64,000 bases of DNA from the NCBI GenBank assembly GCA_963664435.2, contig CAXXKM010000003.1:768001-832000 (forward strand). Direction: 5' to 3'. A program made the translations under genes and the position numbers. The DNA is from Longimicrobiales bacterium. Lineage in GTDB: Bacteria; Gemmatimonadota; Gemmatimonadetes; Longimicrobiales; Gaopeijiaceae. The notes under the pieces are model-generated. The model saw only the letters and a list, made by a program, of their open reading frames with translations. It was not told the DNA's origin and did not search any database. Shown here in pieces: positions 10,706 to 20,370 of this stretch. How positions within the stretch are numbered: position 1 is the stretch's first letter; every line of letters starts with the position of its first letter.

Positions 10706-12058
10706 TCACTGTCGCGTCGTATCCGCGCGCAAGCGTTGCAGCCGGCGCATCGCCACGATACCCGCCCAGGGTCCCAGCGCCAAGGCTCCGAAGGCGACGC
10801 GCCAGCCGAAGCGGATCTCGAGTTCGACGGTCATCCAGATTGTGGCGGCGGTGAGCAGGAAGCCGAGCGACGTCTGCAGGGTCAGAGCGGTGCCGACGGC
10901 GTGCCGGGGCGCCACCTCGGTGACCACCGCGCTGAACTGTGCGCTGTCCGCGACCACCGCAAACCCCCACACCCCCACGACCACCGCGACCAGCCAGAGC
11001 GGAGCGGCGAGCAGCCAGCCCATCACGGCCGCGCAGGCCCCGCTCACCGCCATCGACCAGATGGTTACGCGCTCGCGGCCCAGACGGTCGGCCCAGGTGC
11101 CCGCCATCACCGCCCCCACCCCACCGATGGCGATCGCGCCGAACCCGGCCACCCCCGCCAACCCCGCGGCCGAGAGCGCACCGGCGTCCGCGGCGGCAGC
11201 ACTGCCCGCGCCCGCGCCCGCGCCCACGCCGGTGAGACCGCCGGCAACCGCGCCGGTAAGACCGCCGCCGCCCTCGCCGGCAAGGCCCCCGCCCCCGCCG
11301 ACGAGACCGCCGCCCGCCACGATACCACCCCCGCCACCGGCGAAGTAGTCGCCGAAGAAGAGCGTGATCGTCGCCCACATCGGGTAGAGCTCCCACATGT
11401 GCCCCAGGTAGCCCGCGATGGCGAGCCGGGTCTCGCGGTGACGCAGCACCACCCCCGCAAGCTTCCACGAGAATGGACGGCGCTCGAAGCCGTAGGGCCC
11501 GTCGCGATACGTGGCCAGCACGAGGAGCCCGCTCGCCGCGCAGGCCAGCGACGCGCCCGCGAGCACGAGCGCCGCACCCCCTCCCTCGACCGACGTCAGC
11601 AGGTACGGGATCGCCTTCCCCACCGTGAGGGCCCCCACGATCGTGCCGATGGCGAAGCCGCGCGCGTCCCGGAACCAGGTCGCGATCATCTTCATCGCCG
11701 GCGGATAGACCCCGGCCAGGAAGAAGCCCGTCAGGAAGCGCAGGACCAGCGCCGACCCATAGTCCGGGACCACGAGCACCGCCGCGTTCACGCCCGCCCC
11801 CAGCAGCGCCGAGACGCAGAAGTAGCGCCTGGCCGGAAAGATGTCCGCCAGGTTGAGGAACGCCGCGACCGCCGTCCCCGCCACGAAACCCAGCTGCACA
11901 ACCGTGGTCAGCCACCCCGCCTGCCCCTCGCTCAGCCCCCACTGCGCGGCCAACTCCGGCGACAGCGCGCTGGCGGTGAACCAGAGCGACATGCCCATGA
12001 GCTCGGCCACGGACAGGAGCGCGAGGGTGCTCCAGGCGCCGCGGGGGATCTGATTCAC
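10706..12058 (-). CDS. MFS transporter with internal Gly/Ala-rich insertion
   Basis: Multiple TM segments; MSLWF, VQLGFV, GVYPPAMK, GYLGHMWELY, ADRLGR and ADSAQFS. Confidence 0.9.
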   Translation of the reverse strand: MNQIPRGAWSTLALLSVAELMGMSLWFTASALSPELAAQWGLSEGQAGWLTTVVQLGFVAGTAVAAFLNLADIFPARRYFCVSALLGAGVNAAVLVVPDYGSALVLRFLTGFFLAGVYPPAMKMIATWFRDARGFAIGTIVGALTVGKAIPYLLTSVEGGGAALVLAGASLACAASGLLVLATYRDGPYGFERRPFSWKLAGVVLRHRETRLAIAGYLGHMWELYPMWATITLFFGDYFAGGGGGIVAGGGLVGGGGGLAGEGGGGLTGAVAGGLTGVGAGAGAGSAAAADAGALSAAGLAGVAGFGAIAIGGVGAVMAGTWADRLGRERVTIWSMAVSGACAAVMGWLLAAPLWLVAVVVGVWGFAVVADSAQFSAVVTEVAPRHAVGTALTLQTSLGFLLTAATIWMTVELEIRFGWRVAFGALALGPWAGIVAMRRLQRLRADTTRQ

Positions 12059-12277
12059 GCGCTATCGGCCTTTTTCGAGTGGGGAGTTGGGGCCTTCCCC
12101 GATGGGAGGAAGAGCGCGGGGCGGTGCGCGACTCGCACCGCTGGTGTATGGCCGGAATCGGGGCAGCTTCCCCGGCGGGGTTGCCTCCCGCTCCCCGGCG
12201 ATGCGTCCTTTTCGAGGTTCGCGCGTCTAACAGGGTAGACGGATGCCGACAGCACAGCCACCCGAAGGAGAATCAGC

Positions 12278-12763
12278 ATGCGACTGCAACTCGCCCTGAA
12301 CGTACGGGACATCGACGAGGCCGTGGACTACTACGGCAAGCTCTTCCAAGCGACGCCGCACAAGCGCCGCCCCGGATACGCCAACTTCGCCCTCGACGAA
12401 CCGCCGCTGAAGCTCGTGCTCTTCGAGAACCCGCACGCGCCGGAGCGCATCAACCACCTCGGCGTGGAGGTATTCGACGCCGCTTATGTGCGGGAGGCGG
12501 CTGCCCGACTGGAAGCGGCCGGCATCCTCACCGAGACCGAGGAGGAGGCCGTCTGCTGTCACGCCGAGCAGACCAAGGTCTGGTCCGACGAACCTCAGGG
12601 GCTGCGCTGGGAGTGGTACGTGATTACCGACGATGCCCCGGCCGCAGTCGCGTCAGGGGCAGTCGCGTCAGCGGCCTGCTGCGACGGGCAAGAGGAGGAA
12701 GCAGCCGTGCTCGCCGCTCGCGGCTCGGCCGATTTCTCCGCGCCGGCATGTTGTGACGTCTGA
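12278..12763 (+). CDS. arsI: ArsI/CadI family metalloenzyme (C-As lyase / cadmium-inducible glyoxalase fold)
   Basis: RLQLALNV, PGYANF, PPLKLVLFE, NHLGV, vicinal CC (CCHAEQTKVW) and WEWY. aaggag RBS upstream. Confidence 0.85.
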   Translation: MRLQLALNVRDIDEAVDYYGKLFQATPHKRRPGYANFALDEPPLKLVLFENPHAPERINHLGVEVFDAAYVREAAARLEAAGILTETEEEAVCCHAEQTKVWSDEPQGLRWEWYVITDDAPAAVASGAVASAACCDGQEEEAAVLAARGSADFSAPACCDV

Positions 12764-13370
12764 CCGCGAAGGTCCGGCTGGCCGGTCCCGCGGGATGAAC
12801 CGTGGTCCGGGCGCGGCAGGCGACGGCGTGGAAGGACTGCGCTGGTCCGAGTTCCAGGGTCGGCTGCGCGGCTACGTGGCCGGCCGCGTCGATCCCGCCT
12901 GGACCGACGACGTGACCGGCGACATCCTGCTGCGGCTGCTTCAGAACAAGGAGCGTCTGAAGCAGGCCCGCAACCCACTCGCCTGGGCCTATCGGGTCGC
13001 GGCCAACACCATCACGGATCACTACCGGCGGCGCGCCGTCGAGTCGCAGGCGCTGGCACAGGCTCAAGGCGAAGCCGCATCCCTGCCTCCGACCGCGGAG
13101 GAGGAGGAGCAGGAAGCGGAGCGGCGACGAATCGAAGCGTGCCTGATGCCCTTCATCCTCGATCTATCGCCGAAACAAGCCGAGGCTCTCGTCCTCACCT
13201 CGTTCCAGGGCCTCAGCCAGGCAGAGGCCGCCCGCCGCCTCGGACTCAGCGCCTCGGGCATGAAATCGCGTGTCCAGCGGGGACGATCGGAATTGAAGCG
13301 GCGGCTGCTCGCCTGCTGTGAGTTCGAGATGGACCGCAGGGGCCGGGTGATGGGGATGGTGCCGCGATAA
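12753..13370 (+). CDS. sigZ: ECF RNA polymerase sigma factor, SigZ-like
   Basis: AWAYRVAANTITDHYR, GLSQAEAARRLGLSASGMKSRVQRGR and C-terminal CCEFEMDRRG. Start is GTG 12753 or ATG 12795. Confidence 0.85.
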   Translation: MTSDREGPAGRSRGMNRGPGAAGDGVEGLRWSEFQGRLRGYVAGRVDPAWTDDVTGDILLRLLQNKERLKQARNPLAWAYRVAANTITDHYRRRAVESQALAQAQGEAASLPPTAEEEEQEAERRRIEACLMPFILDLSPKQAEALVLTSFQGLSQAEAARRLGLSASGMKSRVQRGRSELKRRLLACCEFEMDRRGRVMGMVPR

Positions 13371-13405
13371 CCTGCCGCGGAGGCCCCCAGCACCCCCCTG
13401 CTTCC

Positions 13406-16400
13406 CTACCGCATCACCCTCAACGGCCCCTCCGGCGGGAACAGGGTGAAGCCGACCGCCTCCAGCCGCTGGCGGAAGCGCGCCACGTCGCCCTGGAACA
13501 CGGCGTTGACGTCGTTCAGGATGGTGTCCAGCGCCGTCAAAGCGTTGTTCATCGCCTGGCGCTCGTTGGGGGTGGGGGCGTCCCAGGAGCTGGCGAGCGG
13601 GCCGGCTGCCGCCTGCACGTGGCGCACGGTCGCCCGACCGCCGCATCCGCCCTGGCACTCGGGGCCCGTGAAGTGCAGCTCCAGCAGCCCGCGCACGACC
13701 TCGGACACCGTGCGGCCCTCGCCGCTCAGGGCGTCGTCGTCCGCCAGGGTGGCGAGCACCACGTCCAGCCCGTCGAGGGCGCGCTCGAGGCGGTCCTGCG
13801 CCTCGTTCGCGGTGGTGATCCAGCCGGCGACCTCCCTGCGCGCCGCGATCTTGGCCGCGCGCGCCTCCGGGTCGTAGGGGAAGCGGTGGTCGGGGAGCAC
13901 CTCCAGCGTCTGCGCGCCTGAGCCGGCGCCAGCGTTCACGCGCACCGAGTAGATTCCCGGCATCACCTCGATGCCGCCGCCTCCGGTCTCGTCGCGCAGG
14001 TCCCACACCAGCCGGTTGAGCCCGGCGTCGGTCGTGCCCATGAGAGTTCGCACCACCGCGCCGCCATCGTCGGCGATCTGCACCTCGGCGCTCGCCACCA
14101 TCTCGCCCGGAGCGAGCCAGTAGTGAATCAGCGCGCCGTACGGCCGCCTGGGCCCGATGAACATGGTGTGGCCGATCGAACGGTACCCCGTGAGCCCCAT
14201 CCCCTCCGACTGGGTGTGCTGGCGCACCGGGGCGACCGGCATGACCTCCACCGGCCGCGCGGCCACTGCCGGATCGGCCGCCAGCGCCCGCAGCGGACGC
14301 ACGTCGTCGACCACCAGCGCCGCGCGCCCGTGCGTTCCCAGCACCAGGTCGCCGTCGCGCGGGTGCACCACGATGTCGCGCACCGGTGTCGGGGGCACGC
14401 CGGGATGCTTCCACCAGCTGGCCCCGCGATCCAGGCTCACGTACAGCCCGAACTCCGTCCCCACGAACAGCAGGTTGGGCTCCTCCGGGTCCTCCTCGAT
14501 GACGTGCGCGAAGCCGAAGATGTCGTCGCTCGCGATCGACTGCCAGCTCTGCCCGTAGTCCCCGGTGCGGTAGACGTAGGGCGTCCAGCTGCCGCGGCGA
14601 TGGTCGTCGTAGACCATGTACGCGGTCGCCGCGTCGTGCTTGCCGGGCTCGATGTGCGGGATCCAGGTCGCCTCGGGCACTCCCGGGACGTTCGCCTCCA
14701 GACTGGTCCACGAAACGCCGCCGTCGCGGGTCACATGCACCCGCCCGTCGTCGCTTCCCACCCAGATCAGCCCTTCCTCCAGCGCGCTGGGCGCGATGGT
14801 CAGGATGGTCGTGTGCTCCTCGGCGCCCGATGCGTCGATGGTGAGCCCGCCGCTCATGTGCGCCTGCTGCTTGGACGGGTCGTCGGTGGTCAGGTCGCCC
14901 GAGATGATCTCCCAGCTCGAACCCTGGTCGCGGCTCCGGTGCACGAACTGGCTGCCGATGTAGATGGTGGTCGAGTCGAAGGGATCGGTGGCGAAGGCCG
15001 CGTTCCAGTGGAAGCGGAGCGTCTCGCCCTCCGGAGCCGCGGGGCGGATGGCCTTGCGCTGGCCGGTGACCCGGTCGAAGCGCTGGAGGTTGCCGCGCTG
15101 CGACGACGAATAGCCGTAGCGCGCATCGCTCGGATCCGGCGCCGCCACGAAGCCGTCCCCGCTCACCACCCGGTGCCAGTGGGCGTTCATGACCCCGCGC
15201 CCGCCCCAGACATCCGAGGGCCCCCACCAGGAGCCGTTGTCCTGGAGGCCGCCGTAGACGTTGAACGGCACCTCGTTGTCGACCTCGATGTGGTAGAACT
15301 GGGCGAGCGGCAGGTTCTCCACGAAGCGCCAGTTGCGCCCGCGGTCGTACGTGAAGGCGATGCCGCCGTCGTTGCCCAGGATCATCCGGCTCGGGTCGTC
15401 GGGGTCGATCCAGAGCTCGTGGATGTCGCCGTGGATGATCGCGCTGGGCACCACGGTGGTGAAGGTGCGGCCCGCGTCCTCCGACACCGTCACCGCCCCG
15501 TGCAGCGAGTAGATGCGGTTCTCGTTGGACGGATGGGCGCGCAGATCCGCGTAGTAGAAGGGCCGGGGCGCAACGCCGGGCGCATCGGAGATGGTCCTCC
15601 AGCTGCGGCCGCCGTCATCGGAGCGCAGCAGCTCGCTCCGCTCGGCCTCCACCAGCGCGTACACCACCGAGGGATGCTCCGCCGGAATCGCCAGCCCCAT
15701 GCGGCCGAGATCCCCCGGCGGCAGCCCATGCTCCTCGGTGAGCTGCGTCCAGGTGTCGCCCCCGTCGCGGGTAACATGGAGCCCGCTCCCGGGCCCGCCC
15801 GACTCGAAGACCCAGGGCCAGCGCTGATGCTCCCAGAGCGCCGCGAAAAGCTTGTCCGGATTGGCCGGGTCCATGATCAGCTCGCCCGCGCCGCTGCGCT
15901 CGTTGGACTGCAGGACCGCCTCCCAGCTCTCGCCCCCGTCGCGCGTTCGATACACCCCGCGCTCGCCGCCGGTGCGCCACGTCGGCCCCAGCGCCGCGAC
16001 GTAGACGATGTCCGGATCGGACGGGTGCGTGAGCACGCGATGGATCTTCCCCGAGTCCTCGAGCCCCATGTGGGTCCAGCTCTCGCCCCCGTCGCCGCTC
16101 TTGTAGATTCCGTTTCCGACCCCGGCGCTGTTGCGCGGATTCCCTTCCCCGGTGCCCGCCCAGACGATCTCCGGATTGGGCTGGAAGACGGCGACGGCGC
16201 CGATGCTGCCCACCGGCTGGTCGTCGAAGACGGGGCGCCAGACGTGCCCTCCGTCGTCCGACTTCCACACTCCGCCGCTCGCGGAGCCGACGTAGATGAC
16301 GTTCCGGTCCGAGAGCACCACCTCGACGTCGGAGACGCGCCCGCTCATCCCCGCAGGCCCGATGGAACGCGCCTGCATCACCGAGAAGTGCTCCGGAGCG

Positions 16401-16474
16401 ACACTCTGGCCAGCCAGCGGCGTCGCAACTGACAATATACTGACAACTACTGACAACTTCGTCCATCGGCGCAT
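13406..16474 (-). CDS. Secreted VPS10/BNR-repeat beta-propeller protein (glycosyl-hydrolase-like annotation), paralog 1
   Basis: Signal peptide MRRWTKLSVVVSILSVATPLAGQ; RSIGPAGMSGRV; repeated SxDGGxxW Asp-boxes; YGGLQDNGSW; GTHGR. An upstream in-frame ATG exists at 16636. Confidence 0.88.
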   Translation of the reverse strand: MRRWTKLSVVVSILSVATPLAGQSVAPEHFSVMQARSIGPAGMSGRVSDVEVVLSDRNVIYVGSASGGVWKSDDGGHVWRPVFDDQPVGSIGAVAVFQPNPEIVWAGTGEGNPRNSAGVGNGIYKSGDGGESWTHMGLEDSGKIHRVLTHPSDPDIVYVAALGPTWRTGGERGVYRTRDGGESWEAVLQSNERSGAGELIMDPANPDKLFAALWEHQRWPWVFESGGPGSGLHVTRDGGDTWTQLTEEHGLPPGDLGRMGLAIPAEHPSVVYALVEAERSELLRSDDGGRSWRTISDAPGVAPRPFYYADLRAHPSNENRIYSLHGAVTVSEDAGRTFTTVVPSAIIHGDIHELWIDPDDPSRMILGNDGGIAFTYDRGRNWRFVENLPLAQFYHIEVDNEVPFNVYGGLQDNGSWWGPSDVWGGRGVMNAHWHRVVSGDGFVAAPDPSDARYGYSSSQRGNLQRFDRVTGQRKAIRPAAPEGETLRFHWNAAFATDPFDSTTIYIGSQFVHRSRDQGSSWEIISGDLTTDDPSKQQAHMSGGLTIDASGAEEHTTILTIAPSALEEGLIWVGSDDGRVHVTRDGGVSWTSLEANVPGVPEATWIPHIEPGKHDAATAYMVYDDHRRGSWTPYVYRTGDYGQSWQSIASDDIFGFAHVIEEDPEEPNLLFVGTEFGLYVSLDRGASWWKHPGVPPTPVRDIVVHPRDGDLVLGTHGRAALVVDDVRPLRALAADPAVAARPVEVMPVAPVRQHTQSEGMGLTGYRSIGHTMFIGPRRPYGALIHYWLAPGEMVASAEVQIADDGGAVVRTLMGTTDAGLNRLVWDLRDETGGGGIEVMPGIYSVRVNAGAGSGAQTLEVLPDHRFPYDPEARAAKIAARREVAGWITTANEAQDRLERALDGLDVVLATLADDDALSGEGRTVSEVVRGLLELHFTGPECQGGCGGRATVRHVQAAAGPLASSWDAPTPNERQAMNNALTALDTILNDVNAVFQGDVARFRQRLEAVGFTLFPPEGPLRVMR

Positions 16475-16491
16475 CGGGATACCTCTGGTTC

Positions 16492-16611
16492 TCGGGTCCG
16501 GCTCGGTAACCGCCTTCGGGTCCGGTCCGGTAATCGTATTCGGGTCCGGTCCCGTAATCGTACTCGGGCCCGGTCCGGTAATCGTACTCGGGTCCGGTTC
16601 AGTGACTCGCG
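16492..16611. repeat. 24-bp tandem repeat x5
   Basis: tcgggtccggtccggtaatcgta(t/c) units, in frame with the VPS10 ORF (TITGPDP-like). Confidence 0.9.
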
Positions 16612-16647
16612 TTGAGGGCTGACTCGGGGCTCGCATTGGGATCGGGC

Positions 16648-18732
16648 TCAGTTCTCCGTCACCGGACGTGGCTTCCCTTCTTCCTCGGGACGCTCCGGAG
16701 CCTCCCAGTCGGCGTTGCCGCGCACGTACAGCTCCAGCCAGCGCAGTTCCTCCACCAGGCGCGTGCGATGGTGGCGGGGCTCGGAGATGCCGTGGCCCTC
16801 GCGCGGGAAGAGAATGAAGCGGCTCTCGACGCCGAGATGCGTCAGCCCCGCGAAGAAGTTCATCGACTGCGCCATGGTGTCCGTCTGGTCCCGCTCCCCG
16901 TGGAAGAGGATGGTTGGTGTGGTCACCTGGTCGAGGTGGGAGTAGGCGGATCGCTCCAGCCAGTGATTCCGGTTCGACCACGGATCGCCGCCCAGGTACC
17001 AGCGCAGGACGTCGAAGTGGAAGCCGGTCCCGAACTCGCTCTGCCAGTCCGACACCATCGCCCCCAGGCTCGCGGCCTTGAAGCGGTCGGTCTGGGTGAT
17101 GGTCCAGCCGCCCAGGATGCCGCCGTAGCTCCAGCCCTTCACCGACAGCGAGTCGGGGTGGGCGACGCCTGCTTCAAGCGCGTAGTCGACCCCGGTCATC
17201 ACGTCGTCGTAGTCCCCTCCCCCGATGTCGTTCATGTTGCCGCGCAGAAGCTCGTCGCCGTAGCCGGAGGAGCCGCGCACGTTGGGCTGGATGATGGAGT
17301 ATCCCGCCGCGGCCAGGATCTGCGCATCTGCGTCGAAGCCCCGGGTGAAGACGCCCGCCGGCCCGCCGTGGATCTCGAGCACCAGCGAACGCGCTTCGGG
17401 ATTGAGGCTCCGGTAGAGCAGGCCCTCGACGGGCAGCCCGTCGCGGCTGGTCCACTGGACGACCTCGGGCTCCGCCAGCTGCCGCTCCGCCATCCATGGA
17501 TTGGCCTCGGTGAGGCGCGTCGGGGCGCTTCCGTCGGTCCCGGCGACGAAGACGTCTCCCGGCGATTTGGGGGTGGACTGCGTGAAGGCGTAGCGCGAGA
17601 AGTCCGCGGAGAAGCTGGGCGACGACAGGATGCCCTCCCCCGAGGACACCGCCTCCAGCTCGCCCGAATCCACGCTCAGCCGGTAAAGGTTGGCGACCGT
17701 CCGGTCGAGCCCCGCGAAGTAGAAGGCGTCGCCGGAGGGATGCCACTGGGGCGTGCCCCGGATGTCCACCATCATGTCGGGCGCCATCTGGCGAACTTCG
17801 CCGCTCTCGACGTCCATGACGTAGAGGTTGCCCTGGTCGAGCTCCCAGGTCTCGAGGTCGGGGGCGCCGAATGCGAGCAGGGTGCCGTCGGGCGACCACG
17901 CCAGCGAACTCTCCGGGGCCTCGTTGTCGGTCAGGTCGCGGGCCTCGCCGGTGGCCACGTCCAGCACGGCGATCTCGGAGAGGTAGCCGTCGTTGCGCCG
18001 GTTCTCGCTGCGGTAGGTGTAGGCGACGCGATCCGCCCCGGGCGCGACAGCGAACTGGCTGATGCGCAGGTTGCCGGTGGTGAGCCGCCGCGCCTCCGCG
18101 TCCTCCTCATCCTCCGAGTCCAGCGCGATCGTCCAGATGCTCGACCACTCGCCGCGCGTCTGCCCGTTGGGTGCCTCGTCGACGAAGATGGCGTCGTAGC
18201 CGTCCTCGCGCCGCTCCTCCTCGTCATCGGGGAGCGAGTCGTTGGCCACGTAGAAGATCGAGTTGGCGTCGCCCCACTGGAAGGAGCGCACCGAGGTGGG
18301 GTGCTCGGTCAGCGCCCGCGCCTCCCCGCCGTCGGTGCGGATGACGAAGACCTGCCGCGCGCGGTCCTCGCCTTCGCCGGCCGAACGCAGAAACGTCACC
18401 CAGCGGCCGTCCGGGGACCAGCGCGCACCGGAGTCCCCGTCCTCCCCGGTGAAGCGGCGGGCATCCGTGCCGTCCGCGTTCACGATCCAGAGCGACATGA
18501 TGCGCTCGTTCTCGTCCCAGTCCAGTTCGGAGCGCGAGAACAGCACCCGCTCCCCGTCCGGGGACATGCGCGGATCCGACACGCGCGTGAGGTTGATGGC
18601 GTCATCGACGCCGAAGGCCGTCTCCTGCGCCGCGGCTGATGTGCCGCCGAGGGAGAAAGCAATGAGGGAGAGCGCGAGGACGAAGCCCCCACGCGCGCTT
18701 TCCTGAGCCCGAATGACCCGTAGACCGTACAT
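16648..18732 (-). CDS. S9 family serine peptidase (dipeptidyl/acylaminoacyl peptidase) with PD40 propeller
   Basis: IHGGP, NVRGSSGYG, GWSYGG nucleophile, HGERD and FPREGHG; signal peptide. Start placed at ATG 18732. Confidence 0.92.
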   Translation of the reverse strand: MYGLRVIRAQESARGGFVLALSLIAFSLGGTSAAAQETAFGVDDAINLTRVSDPRMSPDGERVLFSRSELDWDENERIMSLWIVNADGTDARRFTGEDGDSGARWSPDGRWVTFLRSAGEGEDRARQVFVIRTDGGEARALTEHPTSVRSFQWGDANSIFYVANDSLPDDEEERREDGYDAIFVDEAPNGQTRGEWSSIWTIALDSEDEEDAEARRLTTGNLRISQFAVAPGADRVAYTYRSENRRNDGYLSEIAVLDVATGEARDLTDNEAPESSLAWSPDGTLLAFGAPDLETWELDQGNLYVMDVESGEVRQMAPDMMVDIRGTPQWHPSGDAFYFAGLDRTVANLYRLSVDSGELEAVSSGEGILSSPSFSADFSRYAFTQSTPKSPGDVFVAGTDGSAPTRLTEANPWMAERQLAEPEVVQWTSRDGLPVEGLLYRSLNPEARSLVLEIHGGPAGVFTRGFDADAQILAAAGYSIIQPNVRGSSGYGDELLRGNMNDIGGGDYDDVMTGVDYALEAGVAHPDSLSVKGWSYGGILGGWTITQTDRFKAASLGAMVSDWQSEFGTGFHFDVLRWYLGGDPWSNRNHWLERSAYSHLDQVTTPTILFHGERDQTDTMAQSMNFFAGLTHLGVESRFILFPREGHGISEPRHHRTRLVEELRWLELYVRGNADWEAPERPEEEGKPRPVTEN

Positions 18733-18901
18733 GATCCCGACCTGCCGAAGGGTGACCGGATCCGGCTGGCGGACCCGCTGGCCCCGCGGGCGCGACGGAA
18801 GGCTCCCGACACCCCGGCGGGGTTGGCAATATGCCCGGGGCGGGAGCCGGGCTGCAAGCGGGAGCCTGGAGGCGTCTGGCATTCGCCAGCTACCGTGGAC
18901 C

Positions 18902-20107
18902 TCAACTCAGGCCCGCCAGTTCCTCCGCCATTTCACGCAGCCCGATGGCCTCGATGCCGCCCTTCGTCGGATACCGCTCCTTGCCGCCATATACCAGAAA
19001 CGCCTTGTCCGGCCTGACGTCGTCCAGGGCGATGCGGAGTCGCCGTCCGGAAGCGGCGACGAGCCCGCGTCTGACCTCGATCGCCCAGACGCGACCGCCG
19101 GGCAACTCCAGGACGAGATCGATCTCGATGCCGGTCGCGGTCCGGTAGAAGCTGGCGCCGGTGCGCCCCGGGGCTGCTCGCAGGAGGGTCTCGATCACGA
19201 AGCCTTCCCAGCTCGTCCCCGCGACCGGATGACCCATCACGGCATCCCGGTCATCGAGCCCGAGCAGCGTGTGGACGATCCCGCTGTCGCGAATGTAGAC
19301 CCTGGGCGACTTCACGAGCCGCTTGCGGACATTGGCATGATACGGCGACAGGCGACGCACCAGGAGAAGGTCGGCCAGGAGGTCGAGGTACCGCACGACG
19401 GTCTTGCCGTCGACCGCGAGGCTGCGAGCCAGGGCGGCCGCGTTCCAGAGTCCGCCCTGCGAGTGCGCGAGCATGGTCCAGAATCGACGCAGGGTCTCCG
19501 CGGGGATGCGGGGACCCAGCATGGGGATATCGCGTTCGAGATAGGTGCGGATGAAGTTCTCGCGCCAGTGGGCGCTCGCCGTGTCCGTCGGAGCGAGGAA
19601 GCTGCGCGGGAATCCGCCCCGGATCCAAAGGCGCGTCAGCTCGCCGTCTCCAACCTCGCGGACATCCAGCGGGTCGAGCGCCAGATAGCCGATGCGTCCG
19701 GCCAGGCTCTCGCCCGACTGCCGCATGAGATCCATCGAGGCCGATCCGAGAACGAGGAAGTGGCCCGCCGGCTCGCCGTCGTAGATACGTTCGTCGATGA
19801 TCCCGCGGAGTTCCTGAAACAGCTCGGGCACGCGATGAATCTCGTCGAGCACCACCAGTCGGTCGCGCACCGAACCGAGGTAGCCGCGCGCGTCGGAAAG
19901 CCTCTCCCGGTGACTCGGGTTCTCCAGGTCGAGGTAGAGCCCGGGCCTGCGGGCGCCCGAGATGGCCTCAGGCTCCGCATCAGCGACCGCCCGCGCCATC
20001 GTCGTCTTGCCGACCTGCCGGGGCCCCAGAAGGGCGACCGCCGGAAAGATCCGGAGGTATTCCTCCACAGTCGGCCACAGGAGGCGGGGGATCATCAGGG
20101 CGTTCAT
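18902..20107 (-). CDS. AAA_14 ATPase with DUF4143 and C-terminal nuclease-like domain
   Basis: GPRQVGKTT, LDEIH, SESLAGR-like GESLAGRI, RGGFP, KRLVKSPRVYIRDSG and EIDLVLE..AIEV. Confidence 0.9.
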   Translation of the reverse strand: MNALMIPRLLWPTVEEYLRIFPAVALLGPRQVGKTTMARAVADAEPEAISGARRPGLYLDLENPSHRERLSDARGYLGSVRDRLVVLDEIHRVPELFQELRGIIDERIYDGEPAGHFLVLGSASMDLMRQSGESLAGRIGYLALDPLDVREVGDGELTRLWIRGGFPRSFLAPTDTASAHWRENFIRTYLERDIPMLGPRIPAETLRRFWTMLAHSQGGLWNAAALARSLAVDGKTVVRYLDLLADLLLVRRLSPYHANVRKRLVKSPRVYIRDSGIVHTLLGLDDRDAVMGHPVAGTSWEGFVIETLLRAAPGRTGASFYRTATGIEIDLVLELPGGRVWAIEVRRGLVAASGRRLRIALDDVRPDKAFLVYGGKERYPTKGGIEAIGLREMAEELAGLS

Positions 20108-20370
20108 GAGTCTGTAATATCGGTATGATATTCCAGATTTGCAAGTATTTCAGGCAGCGGAGGAACCATGCGTCGCCCGCATCAGGCGTTGAGTCGGCCG
20201 ATTTGCGGGTGCATCACCTCTCCCACCCTTGCCCATCCACGGCTCTCCGCAGAGCTTGCAGCTTCGCCGCGCAAGGGCTCATGCCGCCGCGCGTACAGGG
20301 GTGCCCGTCCACGCCCGGCCGGGCCGCCCACGGGCCCCGGGTCCACACACACCAGCGAGCACGACACACC

